A stretch of 64,000 nucleotides of DNA, from NCBI GenBank assembly GCA_030141605.1, contig JAQGDQ010000203.1:124001-188000 (forward strand), given 5' to 3'. Below, piece after piece: positions 33,430 through 56,310 of this stretch; the stretch's first letter is position 1; every line of letters begins with the position of its first letter. The DNA comes from Tubiluchus corallicola. Lineage: Eukaryota; Animalia; Priapulida. Below the pieces are notes generated by a model. It worked only from the letters and a program-made list of their open reading frames with translations, had not been told where the DNA came from and made no database searches. The position numbers were made by a program, and so were the translations under genes.

Positions 33430-35035
33430 TCCATCCATCCATCTGGTGCCTCAATCCCTTTTATAACGGGAGAGTAACAACATATATTGTACTTTTAGGC
33501 TGCTTTCTACTCAAAAACGCTAAGGCACACACACATGCTTGCACAAATGCTACAACACAGCAAAACAAAATTTGGGTTTATAAATGCTATATCACTGTTA
33601 TGCAGAGCTAAATATATATTCTCTTTATCCTTTCAGCTTTAAAGTTAAATATTTACGATGCTTCTTCTTTTGACATTATGTCCTTCAATAGGCAGACTGC
33701 ATGATTTTTTTCCCTCTCCAAATAACAGCTATCTCAAGCATTCTTCATCAGTTACTCCTTGCCATGGGACTTTGTTTCTTACCTGTGTGTAAAATTCACA
33801 ACTTAATATTATGTGCTCTGCAGTTTCAACATCTTTACCATATTTACAGAGTCTTTTTTCTATGCAGTAATCTACTTTCTAAGCATACAGGGGATTTCCC
33901 AACACTTCAAATGCATCGACTTTGGCTTTGACAAGCAATTCTGCTCACCATGTATCATTCGTCAAGGGTTCAAATAATGTACAACTTTTGCAACCTCTAT
34001 ATTTTTCTACTGTTGAACATTTACTTTGTTTTTTGTTCCACATTTTTAATCCCGTTTTAGCTATAACTTTCTCTATATGCACATCCCATGCTTTTTCACC
34101 CAATTGTTTATCACAAATTTTATTCAGACCTACCTCATTTAATTACCCCACTGCCATAATATTGCCAAACACCGAGAGCTCAAATCTATTTCCCAAATGC
34201 CTGATTCTTTGCAGCCATTTTGGTCAAAGTCTGTGTGTCACTACCCTTATTACCATTTTTTCAGTAACCGAACTTCACTTATAATTATAATTCTTTTAAA
34301 AAATTTTAGGTGAGTCTTTGTTTCTCGTTTTTCAAAAGATGAAAACCCAGCTTCACTTCTGATAGCAGCGCCACTGCATCCTTTTGCTTTCTAGAGCCAT
34401 CTTACAAATTCTTCTTGTATGCTATTACATCAATCGATTTCTTTTTGGCTGTACGTTCTGTCTACACAACCAAACATTATTTTTGGGCCTACATTTGCTT
34501 TCCAGCCTGTTCTCCCTATTTCTAATCTTGCTTCTGATTGCATTGCCACAAATTTTACAGCACCTATGGTTCTTCTAATATCTGGTATTCTTTCTTTCCA
34601 GCTATGTTCATCTTCTATGGTTCTTATAATTACCCCGAGGTATTTTTCTCTTTCTGTTGCATGTATACTGTATAGGTACATCTCCTATGATCTTAAAAAC
34701 TTTATTAGCATTACCTCCACAAAGGAGAATTGATGCACTTGGTCACACTGAATTTCATGCCAAATTCTTTTACAAGATCATTAGCAATCTTCAACAACAC
34801 CAACATATCACCTTCAAATTCTGTAATTAGCGTTGTGTCGTTAGCAATTTAAGCATGGGATCACCCTGTTTTACACCTGACTATACTTTAGATTATCCGT
34901 TCTGATGTTTCTCCAAACAAATTTGACATTAAAACCATGGTATCATGATTTCCAAAATTCGAAAAAGGATTGCTCTGTACTTAAATGTGTCAATACTTGC
35001 CACAGCTTTTTTCTACATCTAACATCACCACCCAC
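33430..35035 (-). mobile_element. Same (GGAT)n-tailed non-LTR family, longer degraded copy 2, apparently nested in an older CR1 fragment
   Basis: Tail CCATCCATCCATC at 33431-33443; sequence matches copy 1; RT remnants SGVKQGDP, EKYLGVII. CR1-like remnants lie on both sides (35040-35355: RDLNIITDSNL, KLYKSMVRP; 33180-33428: WN...ITKFKAR). Confidence 0.8.
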
Positions 35036-35723
35036 TTTAAAGACCAGCCCTAACTTCTTGATTGTGGATATTCTTTTTCTCATATGCTTGGAAGTAATGT
35101 AGTAGGTTTCCTTTGAGTTCTCTCTGCAAGCCTTGTCTGATCATACCTTGTCAGATGCTGTTATTACACCTGCATAGTTAGCAATGGGTCTTACCATAGA
35201 TTTGTACAACTTCATCATTGTTACATGGGTGCTACCAAATACCTTCCCCTTTATGAGCATTAACTTTTGATGTGCTTTATTTGTGATATACATGATTTGT
35301 TACTTAATATCAAGGTTACTATCAGTGATAATATTAAGATCCCTTTTGGTGTGTACTTATTATTATTGCTTCTTATTGCAGCTCATTGTGCACTTCGTGT
35401 CAATATTTGATCAGCTCACAGTTAAAACCGTACATTTATCATAGTTAAGAGCATTAACGGGTTATCATGGTTTCAGCTATTCATTTCTTAATTTTATTTT
35501 TATTGTAGGTTTGTGGTGTGTCTTGGTATTATGTGATGGATCTTTTGCAGAGGCAACAAAACAACATTAGCCAATTTCGTGTTTTCTACTTGGCTCAGTT
35601 GGCTGTGACTGTGTTAAAAATTTGAATCTAAACTTGGCAGTTTCTAAGTTTTATACTCCAGTTAAGTGAGTGTGGTATTAAATTTAGTGATTTTTTATTG
35701 GACTGGACAGATTCTGTTCTTAC

Positions 35724-38700
35724 ATGGCAAAATTACTAATGGTGCGAAGGTTGGGTGCGCCAACCGCCATTCCATCTGTGGTGCAAGAGATACGAGTGAC
35801 TTGTCTAGGAACTAGCAGACCGCTGCAACAACATTCGCCAAGTAACAAGGACATTGACAGATTGGCAATAAATAGTCCTTTAAGTTCTTGTTACAGTATT
35901 AGAAATTATTATTGCTTGTCAGCACAGCAGTATGTTTTTAAAAATGCAACTCATTGTCGTTTTTATGGATTGAAGTTTGAAAGCCGCTTAATGAGCTCAG
36001 CTGCCAGATTCGGATTATTAGTCTCACGGTTGCTAAGGCTGAGGTACCTATTACTTGGTTCAGCAATTGGAGGTGGAGTGGCATTAGGAAATACATACGA
36101 GGCTTGGAAAGAAAGACTTCCTGACATGAGCTGGATGAAAGAACATTTGCCTAACAGCAATGATTACAATAAGTTTGTCAACTGGATGAAAGAGCTAATG
36201 CCTAGTAAAGAATATTACGAAAAGCTTAGTGACTGGTTCACGCAGAAGAAAGGTAGTATTCAAATACCAGATGGAAGTGAATATATACGTGTAGGAAGAG
36301 AGAAACTGTCAGAATGGAGAGATAACTCTGCCGAGTGGATAAGTTCTGCAGGTCATATCGTTAGTAATGTGGTACAAGGAGGTGATGCTGGTGCTTTTCC
36401 CGAAGAGTCCACAGTAACCACAAAGGCAGCACCATCTGTAATGTCTTTCAATCCGTTTCAGTCAAAGACGAAAGATGCCGATGATGACTATCATGTGCTA
36501 ACAGACAAGGAGAAGTTAGAAGAACTGCAAAATGAACTTATGCAAGTCCAACTTAAATATCAACGAGAAATTGAACGTTTAGAGAAAGAAAATAGAGAAT
36601 TAAAGAAGCAGTTACTGATCAGAGCTGAGAAGCATTCTAGGGTGAAAAGAAAGTTTAAGAAGTCTCTGATTGACATGTACTCCGAAGTTCTAGATGAACT
36701 TTCCATATATGACTGCAGCTACAATACACAGGATCATTTGCCAAGAGTTGTTGTTGTTGGTGATCAAAGTTCCGGAAAAACTAGTGTCCTGGAAATGATT
36801 GCCAGAGCACGTATTTTCCCACGAGGTTCTGGCGAGATGATGACACGAGCGCCTGTAAAGGTAACTTTGAGCGAAGGTCCATATCATATTGCTACATTTA
36901 AGGATAGCACTCGTGAATTTGATCTGTCAAAAGAATCAGATTTGGTTGAATTGCGAAAAGAAGTAGAATTACGTATGAGGAACAGTGTCCGGCAAGGGAA
37001 AACTGTGAGTAGCGAAACCATTTCCATGACTGTGAAAGGCCCTGGTCTGCAGAGGGTAGTTCTAGTTGATTTACCAGGCATTATTAGCACGCAGACAACA
37101 GAAATGGCTGATGATACTAGAGATTCTATCCATGGCATTTGCAGGACTTATATGGAGAATCCAAATGCTATAATTCTTTGCATTCAGGATGGTTCAATAG
37201 ATGCAGAACGAAGCAACGTTACGGATCTTGTGCGAGAAATGGATCCAAATGGAAAACGAACTATTTTTGTTCTAACTAAAGTTGATTTAGCTGAAGAGAA
37301 CATGTTCAACCCAGACCGACTAAAGAAGATTCTAGAAGGAAAACTGTTTCCCATGAAAGCTTTAGGATATTTTGCTGTCGTGACCGGTCGTGGCAATGTG
37401 AATGATAGTATTGCAACAATACGTGATTATGAGGAAAATTTTTTCCGAAATTCCAAACTTTTTAAAGATATGAACTTTAAGGCTACACAGCTGACAACCC
37501 AAAATATGAGTATGGCAGTATCTGCGTGCTTTTGGAAAATGGTAAAAGAGTCAGTCGAACAGCAAGCTGATGCTTTCAAGGCAACACGTTTCAATTTGGA
37601 AACAGAATGGAAAAACAATTTTCCGCGAGTGCGAGAACTTGATCGTGATGAGCTGTTTGAGAAGGCAAGGGGAGAGGTTCTAGACGAGATTATAAATCTA
37701 AGCCTAGTTACACCCAGAGAATGGGAAGAAGCTTTTTACAATCATCTCTGGCAGTCTGTCAATACCTACATGTTTGAAAACATTTACATACCCGCTGCAC
37801 AAGCTGATAGTCCGGGAACTTTTAACACAATGGTTGATATCCGATTGAAACAGTGGGCAGATCAGGTTTTGCCAAAACGATGCGTAGAAGTGGGGTGGGA
37901 TACGCTAATGATGCAGTTTCGGGATCTCATTGATAAAGATTGTGAAAGTAAGGATCATGATGCTTTGTTTGATAAGTTAAAATTAGCCGTCATCGATGAA
38001 GCAGCCAGTCAACATCGTTGGGACAGGAAGGCTCCAGATTCTCTGCGTGTGATTCAACTGAATGCTTTAGAGGATCGGTCAGTGCCTGATAAGCAAACAT
38101 GGGATCAGGCCATTACGTTCATGGAAAAATTTTTAAGGTTAGTATTTACTTTTTTTAATTGCATAACCAAACAGTAAACAAAGTAAAGGTCTTTTTTGTT
38201 CTAAATGTGTGTTGAATGCCTTTACTATAGTTTTCAGGTGGCATTATAAATATTGAATTAAGATACATTATAGAAAATTTCCATTGATTTGACATTGAAA
38301 ATTGTCACCGAAAGGGGAAATGTGATAGACTAATGTTTATTCATTAAAGAGAGAAACTTGACCAGACTGAGTTGTTGACGAAGCAGTTAATGGGACCAAG
38401 TTTAAGAGAGCAGTGGATGTTCTGGAAATCCATATCAGATGAACAGAGAAAATGGCGTGCCACCATGTTTGAACTGAGCAAGATCATACAGGGTGAAGAA
38501 AAAGCGAGACCCATTCTAACACTAGAAGAACTGACAGCAACAAGAAAAAATCTGCAAGTGAGTTGGATCATAATTAGCACTGAATTAACTTTCAAACCTA
38601 GTTGAATTAAATAATGACTTGTATCTGAGAAAGATCAGCGGAGAAATTAAAAATAATGAGATAATTCAGAATTTGAAATACACATTGAATGAACACGTAA

Positions 38701-40410
38701 TTTACTAGTTACATAACATATTACAGTTTGCTGTAGGCTATAATAGTTTGGTGGTAGAGAATGAGTGTGATCACTACTAAGTCTTGGGTTCAAATTTTCA
38801 TTGAGTCAGTTTTTTATCATTTTCTGTTTGTCTTTAACAAATCAGAGCCTGGGTTTACTGATTAGCAGGTTTGGTAATTAGATACCTGGCACTGATTAGA
38901 GTTGCTAGGTTTTGTTAATCGTAACATCTTTTGCTACTTGCTTGTAAAATAGCCTAGGAGTTTTTCATGATGTTGTTATCGTAGGCTTACTCGTTATTTG
39001 ACTGATTGGTAGAAACCAAAAGATGAATGTACAATGCACATTTGCAGTGAATTGTTCTTTTAAAATCACTTTTGTATGTAGAAGAGACATTTCCTGCAGA
39101 ATTTTTAGCTTTAGGTCCAGTTTTCTCTGTTTCGCTCTGTGATTTTAATATACTTAGTTTTGTCTTTGAAAAGCCTTGAACATTTTTTAAGGAAAAGTAC
39201 CTGGCCTTGTACTCAGAGGTAATCTGAAGATTAACAGCGAGAGTGCATTGACATTGCATTTTATGTTCCTTTTAGGTTTCGGGTGTCGATGTGGACTTTG
39301 AGTTCATCCGTGACACATGGTTCCAAGTTTATCGCCTTCATTTCCTCAATACAGCCATTCAGAAAGCTGGAGATTGCAGAAAGGGATTTTTTCACTATCA
39401 ACAGGGTTACACGGAGCAAGGACTCGAATGTCACGATATTGTTCTGTTTTGGAGAATACAGAGAATGTTACAGATTACTAGTAATGCATTACGTCAACAG
39501 GTAGGAGCAGCATTTTCATTCTGTTGCATGATTACCTTTTCCACAATCAATTTTTTGTCGAATAAACAACATATTTCGGAAATTCAAAGTCAACTTTTTT
39601 TCTAATTGAACAGACCTACTTGCTGTAGATGAATATCTCATTATCGAAGAAAATTCTGTAAGGTGAGACAGTGAACTAGGAGGGCAGAGCTAACAGTCAG
39701 ATGTGTAATGTGTACATCCTTCCTCAATGAGGTGAATGCTAAGGACAGTTTTCTAGATGGTCACACATCCGCTGAGTGACTAACGTCACCATTGTTTAAT
39801 TTCACTCGCTAACCTCAATATGTGACAACTTGGCTATTCTCGTTATGCTAACTAAAACTGCCTTGTACTGTCTTGGCAACGCATTACACAGTTATTTTGC
39901 TGTGCTAATGATTTCATTCTAAGCAAGCATTAAACAATAAATTACTATAGCAAGAGACAGACTTTTTTAATAAAATAGTGTCAGTTTTTCAGCTCCACAG
40001 GTTCATACTAAACCAAAAGCAACATCAAAATAGGTTTGAAAAACTCTTCACTTCCTTTTAAAAAGAAACATATTTTAATAAGCTTGCAGAGGAAGCTAAA
40101 CAATACAGCTGCAGAAAAAATACCACAAGTTTGAATTAGCAAGTCCTGTCACACATCTCACGCGGAGTGCACACATCACACATTGTGTTTTTATTTGAAT
40201 ACTTTTCAAATCTTGTAGGTGATGAGTACTGAGGCAAGACGTTTAGAGAAGGAAATAAAACAAGTGCTAGAGGATGTCAGTCAAGATAAAGAGCGAAAAG
40301 AACAACTTCTCACTGGTAGAAGAGTTACTCTTGCTGAAGATCTGAAAAAAGTGCGGCAAATTCAAGAAAAATTAGAGGAATTCATTGAACAATTAAACAA
40401 GGAAAAATAA
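35724..40410 (+). CDS. OPA1: Dynamin-like mitochondrial GTPase OPA1, 4 coding exons, ~1012 aa
   Basis: Exons 35724-38137, 38350-38557, 39276-39500, 40219-40410 (3039 nt). Basic presequence, [19 protein letters not shown], coiled coil, [14 protein letters not shown]1 [49 protein letters not shown]-terminal [13 protein letters not shown]. Strong upstream acceptor at 35508 implies a 5' UTR intron. Confidence 0.97.
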
Positions 40411-41626
40411 CATATAGTGTAATTAACTGTCTCAACACGCATACACGTGATCAAAGCTCAAGTATAGACATGTGGAAAGATAATTCAGTGTTTAGCAACA
40501 TATTGTCTTTTCCAAGAATTATTCGAATGTTGAAGAACTCATTTATGCACGTTTTCAGTTCTTGACTTAGCATAGCTTTGCCTTAAGCTAAATTTGCTAT
40601 CTAGCTGAGTGAAATTACTGTGATTTGTCACTTTAGCAATGAATTTAAAATATTCTGTTGTGCATACATGTAACAGCCTAAGCTGAAACTTATTTCTGTC
40701 AAAAGGTAAGAACTAGTCTAGATTCATTTGAATTTATACAGATTTTAACAATTTTTTAAAAGGTATTTATCATTATAGACAATGTTGATATGCAACATTA
40801 AATACATTAGGTTATTACATAATTCAGTGTTGTTTATTTGACAGTTGTGATTGAATAGCTACTAAACGTGGTCTATTAAATTTTGAGTGTATTTTGATGA
40901 ATCCCATTCGTTGAAACAAATGAACACAGATGTTTATAGAAAATAGTGATATAATCATACAAACACTACCTAAAATTTTAACAACTGAAGATTCTAATTT
41001 TATTTTAGTCACCAATATTGACATGAAATATTACTTAGGTTTAGAAATTACACCACAATTGTTAAACATATACAGAGTAAGAAGTTTGCATAAACCATAT
41101 AGAAGCCATTTCAGTGTGAAATTAAAGTACGAACAAGTGCACCATTCGCACAAAAATGCTATACCGCATTTGCAGAAAAGTCCATACTTGAGCAAAAATC
41201 TGGCTTGTCAAAACTCTTGATGCCGTCGTTCAATACAACAAAAATTACGATCTCATAGTCGTGTCCGACATATCAATGGGAACTCAACCAATGACTATCT
41301 TTTATTATCAGTCATGTCTTAAAGGGCATAAAACCAGTAGTACGCCTTACATTTCATGTAACAGAATCTGTATTTTAAACAATATTCCTGAAGATACCAT
41401 ATTCTTGTATACTTATATATATATATACTGAAGTCAGCTGTTGCTTCTACAGATTGCTCATGTTTCATCAAGAAGTTCATCAATGCATGGCATTACCAAC
41501 TGGTATTTTTATATCTGTATCCTTGCAAGAGAAAAATAGTTTCATAAGTCTCTACTTTAGGGTGAACACAGCTTTATTTATACAACACGCGAATATTTAC
41601 ACAAAGCAAAAATGCAAGTCAAGTCC

Positions 41627-52768
<11,142 letters not shown>

Positions 52769-53249
52769 GGCGATTTTTAAGTTTGCGCAGGGCAAAACGC
52801 GCACGTTTTAATTTAAATGTAGCTGCGAATTCGGTATTCCAAATTCGGGCTAAATTCTACAGTCTGTGCACTTCTTCTGATAATAACTTGTTTCAAGCTG
52901 GTCAGGAAAACGTAACTAATTGCGTTTGTTTTCCCATTAAACTGATTCTGTACAAAAAATATAAAGTAATAATAATTATAATTTCTTAAATAGTTTAGAA
53001 TTGAAGGCCAAATTTACGTGGGCTTCATGCTGTAATTTTTACCGTGATTCGTGAAAAACAGAAAATTTGTACATTATTGTTACATCTAATTTGGTTTCGG
53101 ACACGGAAATTAAGACATTATATCAACAGGCGTATGGTATCGGCTTTTTTATTCCAAAAATAATTCCGATTTCTTAAAACTTCTGTTTCGTGAAATTAAG
53201 TTCCACAAAATTACAACAAAAATTTAATCTTGTGTACAAAAGGTTCTAT

Positions 53250-55390
53250 GTTATTATGCCACCACAAGAATTGTAAGTCGAAATGGCAACATCAGTTTTC
53301 AAACTAAAATTTTTGTTTTGAGGTCAATCTACTTAGATAAAAAAAGACCGTCTAGCGTTTTTCCACAGTTAAAGAGTAAGTAAGAATCTTTATTTATCAC
53401 CTTTTTACAAGAAAAACAAAATCATTTGCACTAATTTTGTACTTGGAATCAGACTGCATCTGATATAATTTTACATACCATGAATGGTGAATTCATCTGG
53501 GTCATTATCTTCATTAGCAGCACACAATAGATCAGAGTAGAAAGAGACCGTATTAGTAAGATTCAGCAGTTCAGTCTGGTCACCCAGTGCATCAAAAAAC
53601 TCATCCTCAGTTAGACTTTGATAAGGTAGTATGCTGTTAATACACTGCAAACAGAAAAAGGAATCGTTAGTGTTCGTTAGTAGAGCAAACTCATTATTGG
53701 ATAATAAAGTGCAATTTCCGTGTATCCTATTTTTGGAGATATCACAAAAAATTGCACTTTGATTTATTCGGCATGGTTTATTGTAAGAAATGCAAGGGTA
53801 ACGAATTACCATAATTCTGATAAAAAAACTAAGGTATATCTCTGCTTATTTACGTGTTAAATGAAACAATGAGGATTGACAATTTATCTTAATTTATTCA
53901 AGTCGGCTTCAGTCTTAATTTCAAAAGGCTCACATTCATCATTAACTTTTAAGTAGATACGTCCTTGATTAGTCCAAACTGATTTGTACTTTTTGAGTTT
54001 CTTAAGTGCTAGGCACTTGGTAAACAGGTCTTTTCTGCACCTTGTTAGACATTCGTTGATAAAGATTTTGCCATTTTTAAGAATGCTTAGCTTATGAAGG
54101 TCTGGCATTTTCATTTGGGATCTGTAAAACATGTCTCTTGTAGTCCTCTTCAGAAATTTACTATTATGGGATTTGGTCCCTTCGATGATGTAACTCAATA
54201 CGAGATACTAATATCATTATAAGTAACATTTAGTCCCATCAGGCCACCAAGTTTCACCTCAATATCATCCGTTTTTATGTTTTCCATTGGTGGAACACCA
54301 CTAATCAGCAAACAGTCACTACGAGTGTACTGCTCGAGAGTATTTAGTTCATATTCTGTGTGTTGAAATTTTGTAGCAACTTCGTCTAGAGTGCATCTCA
54401 ATGCATGGTTTTCATTTTTTTGGTTTCATCTAATTCCTTCTTAATGTGTTGGTGATCATTTTTGATGTCTTCGTATTGAGCAGCAATGAATTGTTAACTT
54501 GAGGTTAGACTATCGAGTTCCTTTCTCATGTTATCAAATTCTAAGACCATGGTATTTTTAAGACCATTTATAGCTTCAAGTAGTCGAGATTCCATGGAGT
54601 CGACAGGGTTGGCTACTGCTTGGACACCTGACCCAACTGTCACACTCTGACATGTATAACCTTTCTGGCTAGCAGATTGACAAAAACTTTAAGATACAAG
54701 AGTGGTAGATCTAGTTGTAGCATTAGTGGGTGTTGAGTTAGTATTTGTCTCAGTGCCTTGAGTCCCAGCATTTGAAATCCTTGATGCATTATCTATGTTT
54801 GAGCTTACTTTAGATTTTTTGCTCCCACTCAGATTAGCATTATGTTTTTTATTGCCTTAGACTATCACTTGCTGATGATTCGGAACTTCTTGTTAGGTGG
54901 CCATGAGGCATTAGCTTACTGTTACATAAGTTTACTAGTGTCTGTTTACTACAGCTCGCTAAGTTTTGCTCAACTTCATGAATTGTTTGGCATAGAAAAC
55001 TTCGAGGCTTTGCACCATTAGTAATGGCGGCTAGAACTACACTCCAGGTTGCGGCATACAGCAGTGTCAAGGCCACAACAAGTGCTGTACAAGAATACTG
55101 TCTTGTACGTTTGAACGTTCTCACCATGTTTGTTCTCCAAAGACTTCATAAGGTTGTCTGCCGAAGATTGCTTATATAAAGTTTGCAGGAATCAAAACTT
55201 AAGTAAATTAATTCTTTTTATTCATTTTGCTAATTTTTGTGCGAGCACCGAAATTTTGAAACGTCTCCGTTTTGGCGCATACGCACAGAGTTCTGGACAT
55301 TTGTCAATGACATTCGAGTTGATCCCCATGAGGGTTGCCATGTGCTGGAAATCAATAGTATGTCCCACGTCCCGAGCGACCTGGTTACAA
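53250..55390 (-). mobile_element. 5' half of a CR1/L2-group LINE: ORF1 plus PHD-finger start of ORF2, degraded
   Basis: ORF1 remnants: coiled coil, LEQYTRSDCLLISGVP, KIFINECLT, KYKSVWTNQGRIYLK. ORF2 start YPCISYNKPC...AIFCD...IHGNC...FFCLQC is a decayed PHD finger. CpG-richer putative 5' UTR at 55000-55390. Confidence 0.8.
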
Positions 55391-56310
55391 TACAGTGTTT
55401 GTCCTGAATGTAGTAATAAGCAAACATTAATCACCATTCATGCAGAACACTATATGAATTTATCAATTGAAAATGCCACATTGATGTTAAATACATTAGA
55501 AATTTTTACAATTTTCCAAAGATACAAAAGTTTTAAACCAGAAATCAAAAAATAAATGGTTGAAAAACTGTCTGTCGCGATTGCTAAAGTTTATAGCAAG
55601 GGCTCTGTGTGTCCAGAATTTTCACTGCAACTAGATGAATTAGGAACGATATACAGCTGACAAGCAAAATAAATGTTCTGAGCTTTATTGTGCAGAGATA
55701 ACACTAGGAAGCCATTAGTGTAATGCATTCTAGGCAGAAAAAACTGAGATCGGTTTTTCTCAGATGGAAAATACCCGTTTATATCGGGTATTAAAAAATT
55801 AAATGCCGGAACAATGTCAGCTAATCATCAACAGAAAAATAAGCACACTTCAGTGATGTATAAAGCACTCAGAACATGGAGCAAAACAATAAATGCATCA
55901 ACCAGTTTATATTATGCCCATCACTTAGAGAAAATAAAGCATTGATATAGATTTGTGGCCCAGAAAAAATGGAACATGATTCACTGGGTTATGGTACCTG
56001 GAATTTCTTAAGAGAGGAAGTGTACAATGGCCATACAAAGCCATTTGATGCCGAGGAACTATAGGCAAAACTGTTGAGTATTGGGACCAAATATTGGTTA
56101 AAGAAGTGAAAAAAAATCTGTGAGCTATTTATTAAAGGTAACGCCTTCATATGTGGTAAAATAACAAATTATAGAAAATTGCCTTAAACCTGCACTGAAC
56201 AGCAAATCTATATTTTTGATAGATATTAAACTATAAACCTTAAAGGAGAATATCATGAAAATCAAGTTAAACTTATTTTATAGTTGCCTTCCCCGGGAAC
56301 AACTTGGCAA
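55391..56310 (+). mobile_element. Tc1/mariner transposase pseudogene remnant
   Basis: TA|CAGTGTTTGTCC start; FFSDGK-like first catalytic motif (~55755); DLWP...LGYGTWNFLREEVY...EEL resembles WPPNSPDLNPLDY.IW..L...VY. Confidence 0.5.

Noticed and set aside
35963-37618. Several antisense ORFs inside OPA1
   Set aside because: Shadow frames of a long coding exon with no independent motifs.
55222-55437. Minus ORF resembling a death-domain helix pair (QVARDVGH...MATLMGINSNVID)
   Set aside because: Short, no convincing splice sites or partner exons, and located at the junction of LINE 5' UTR and Tc1 remnants; probably chance.
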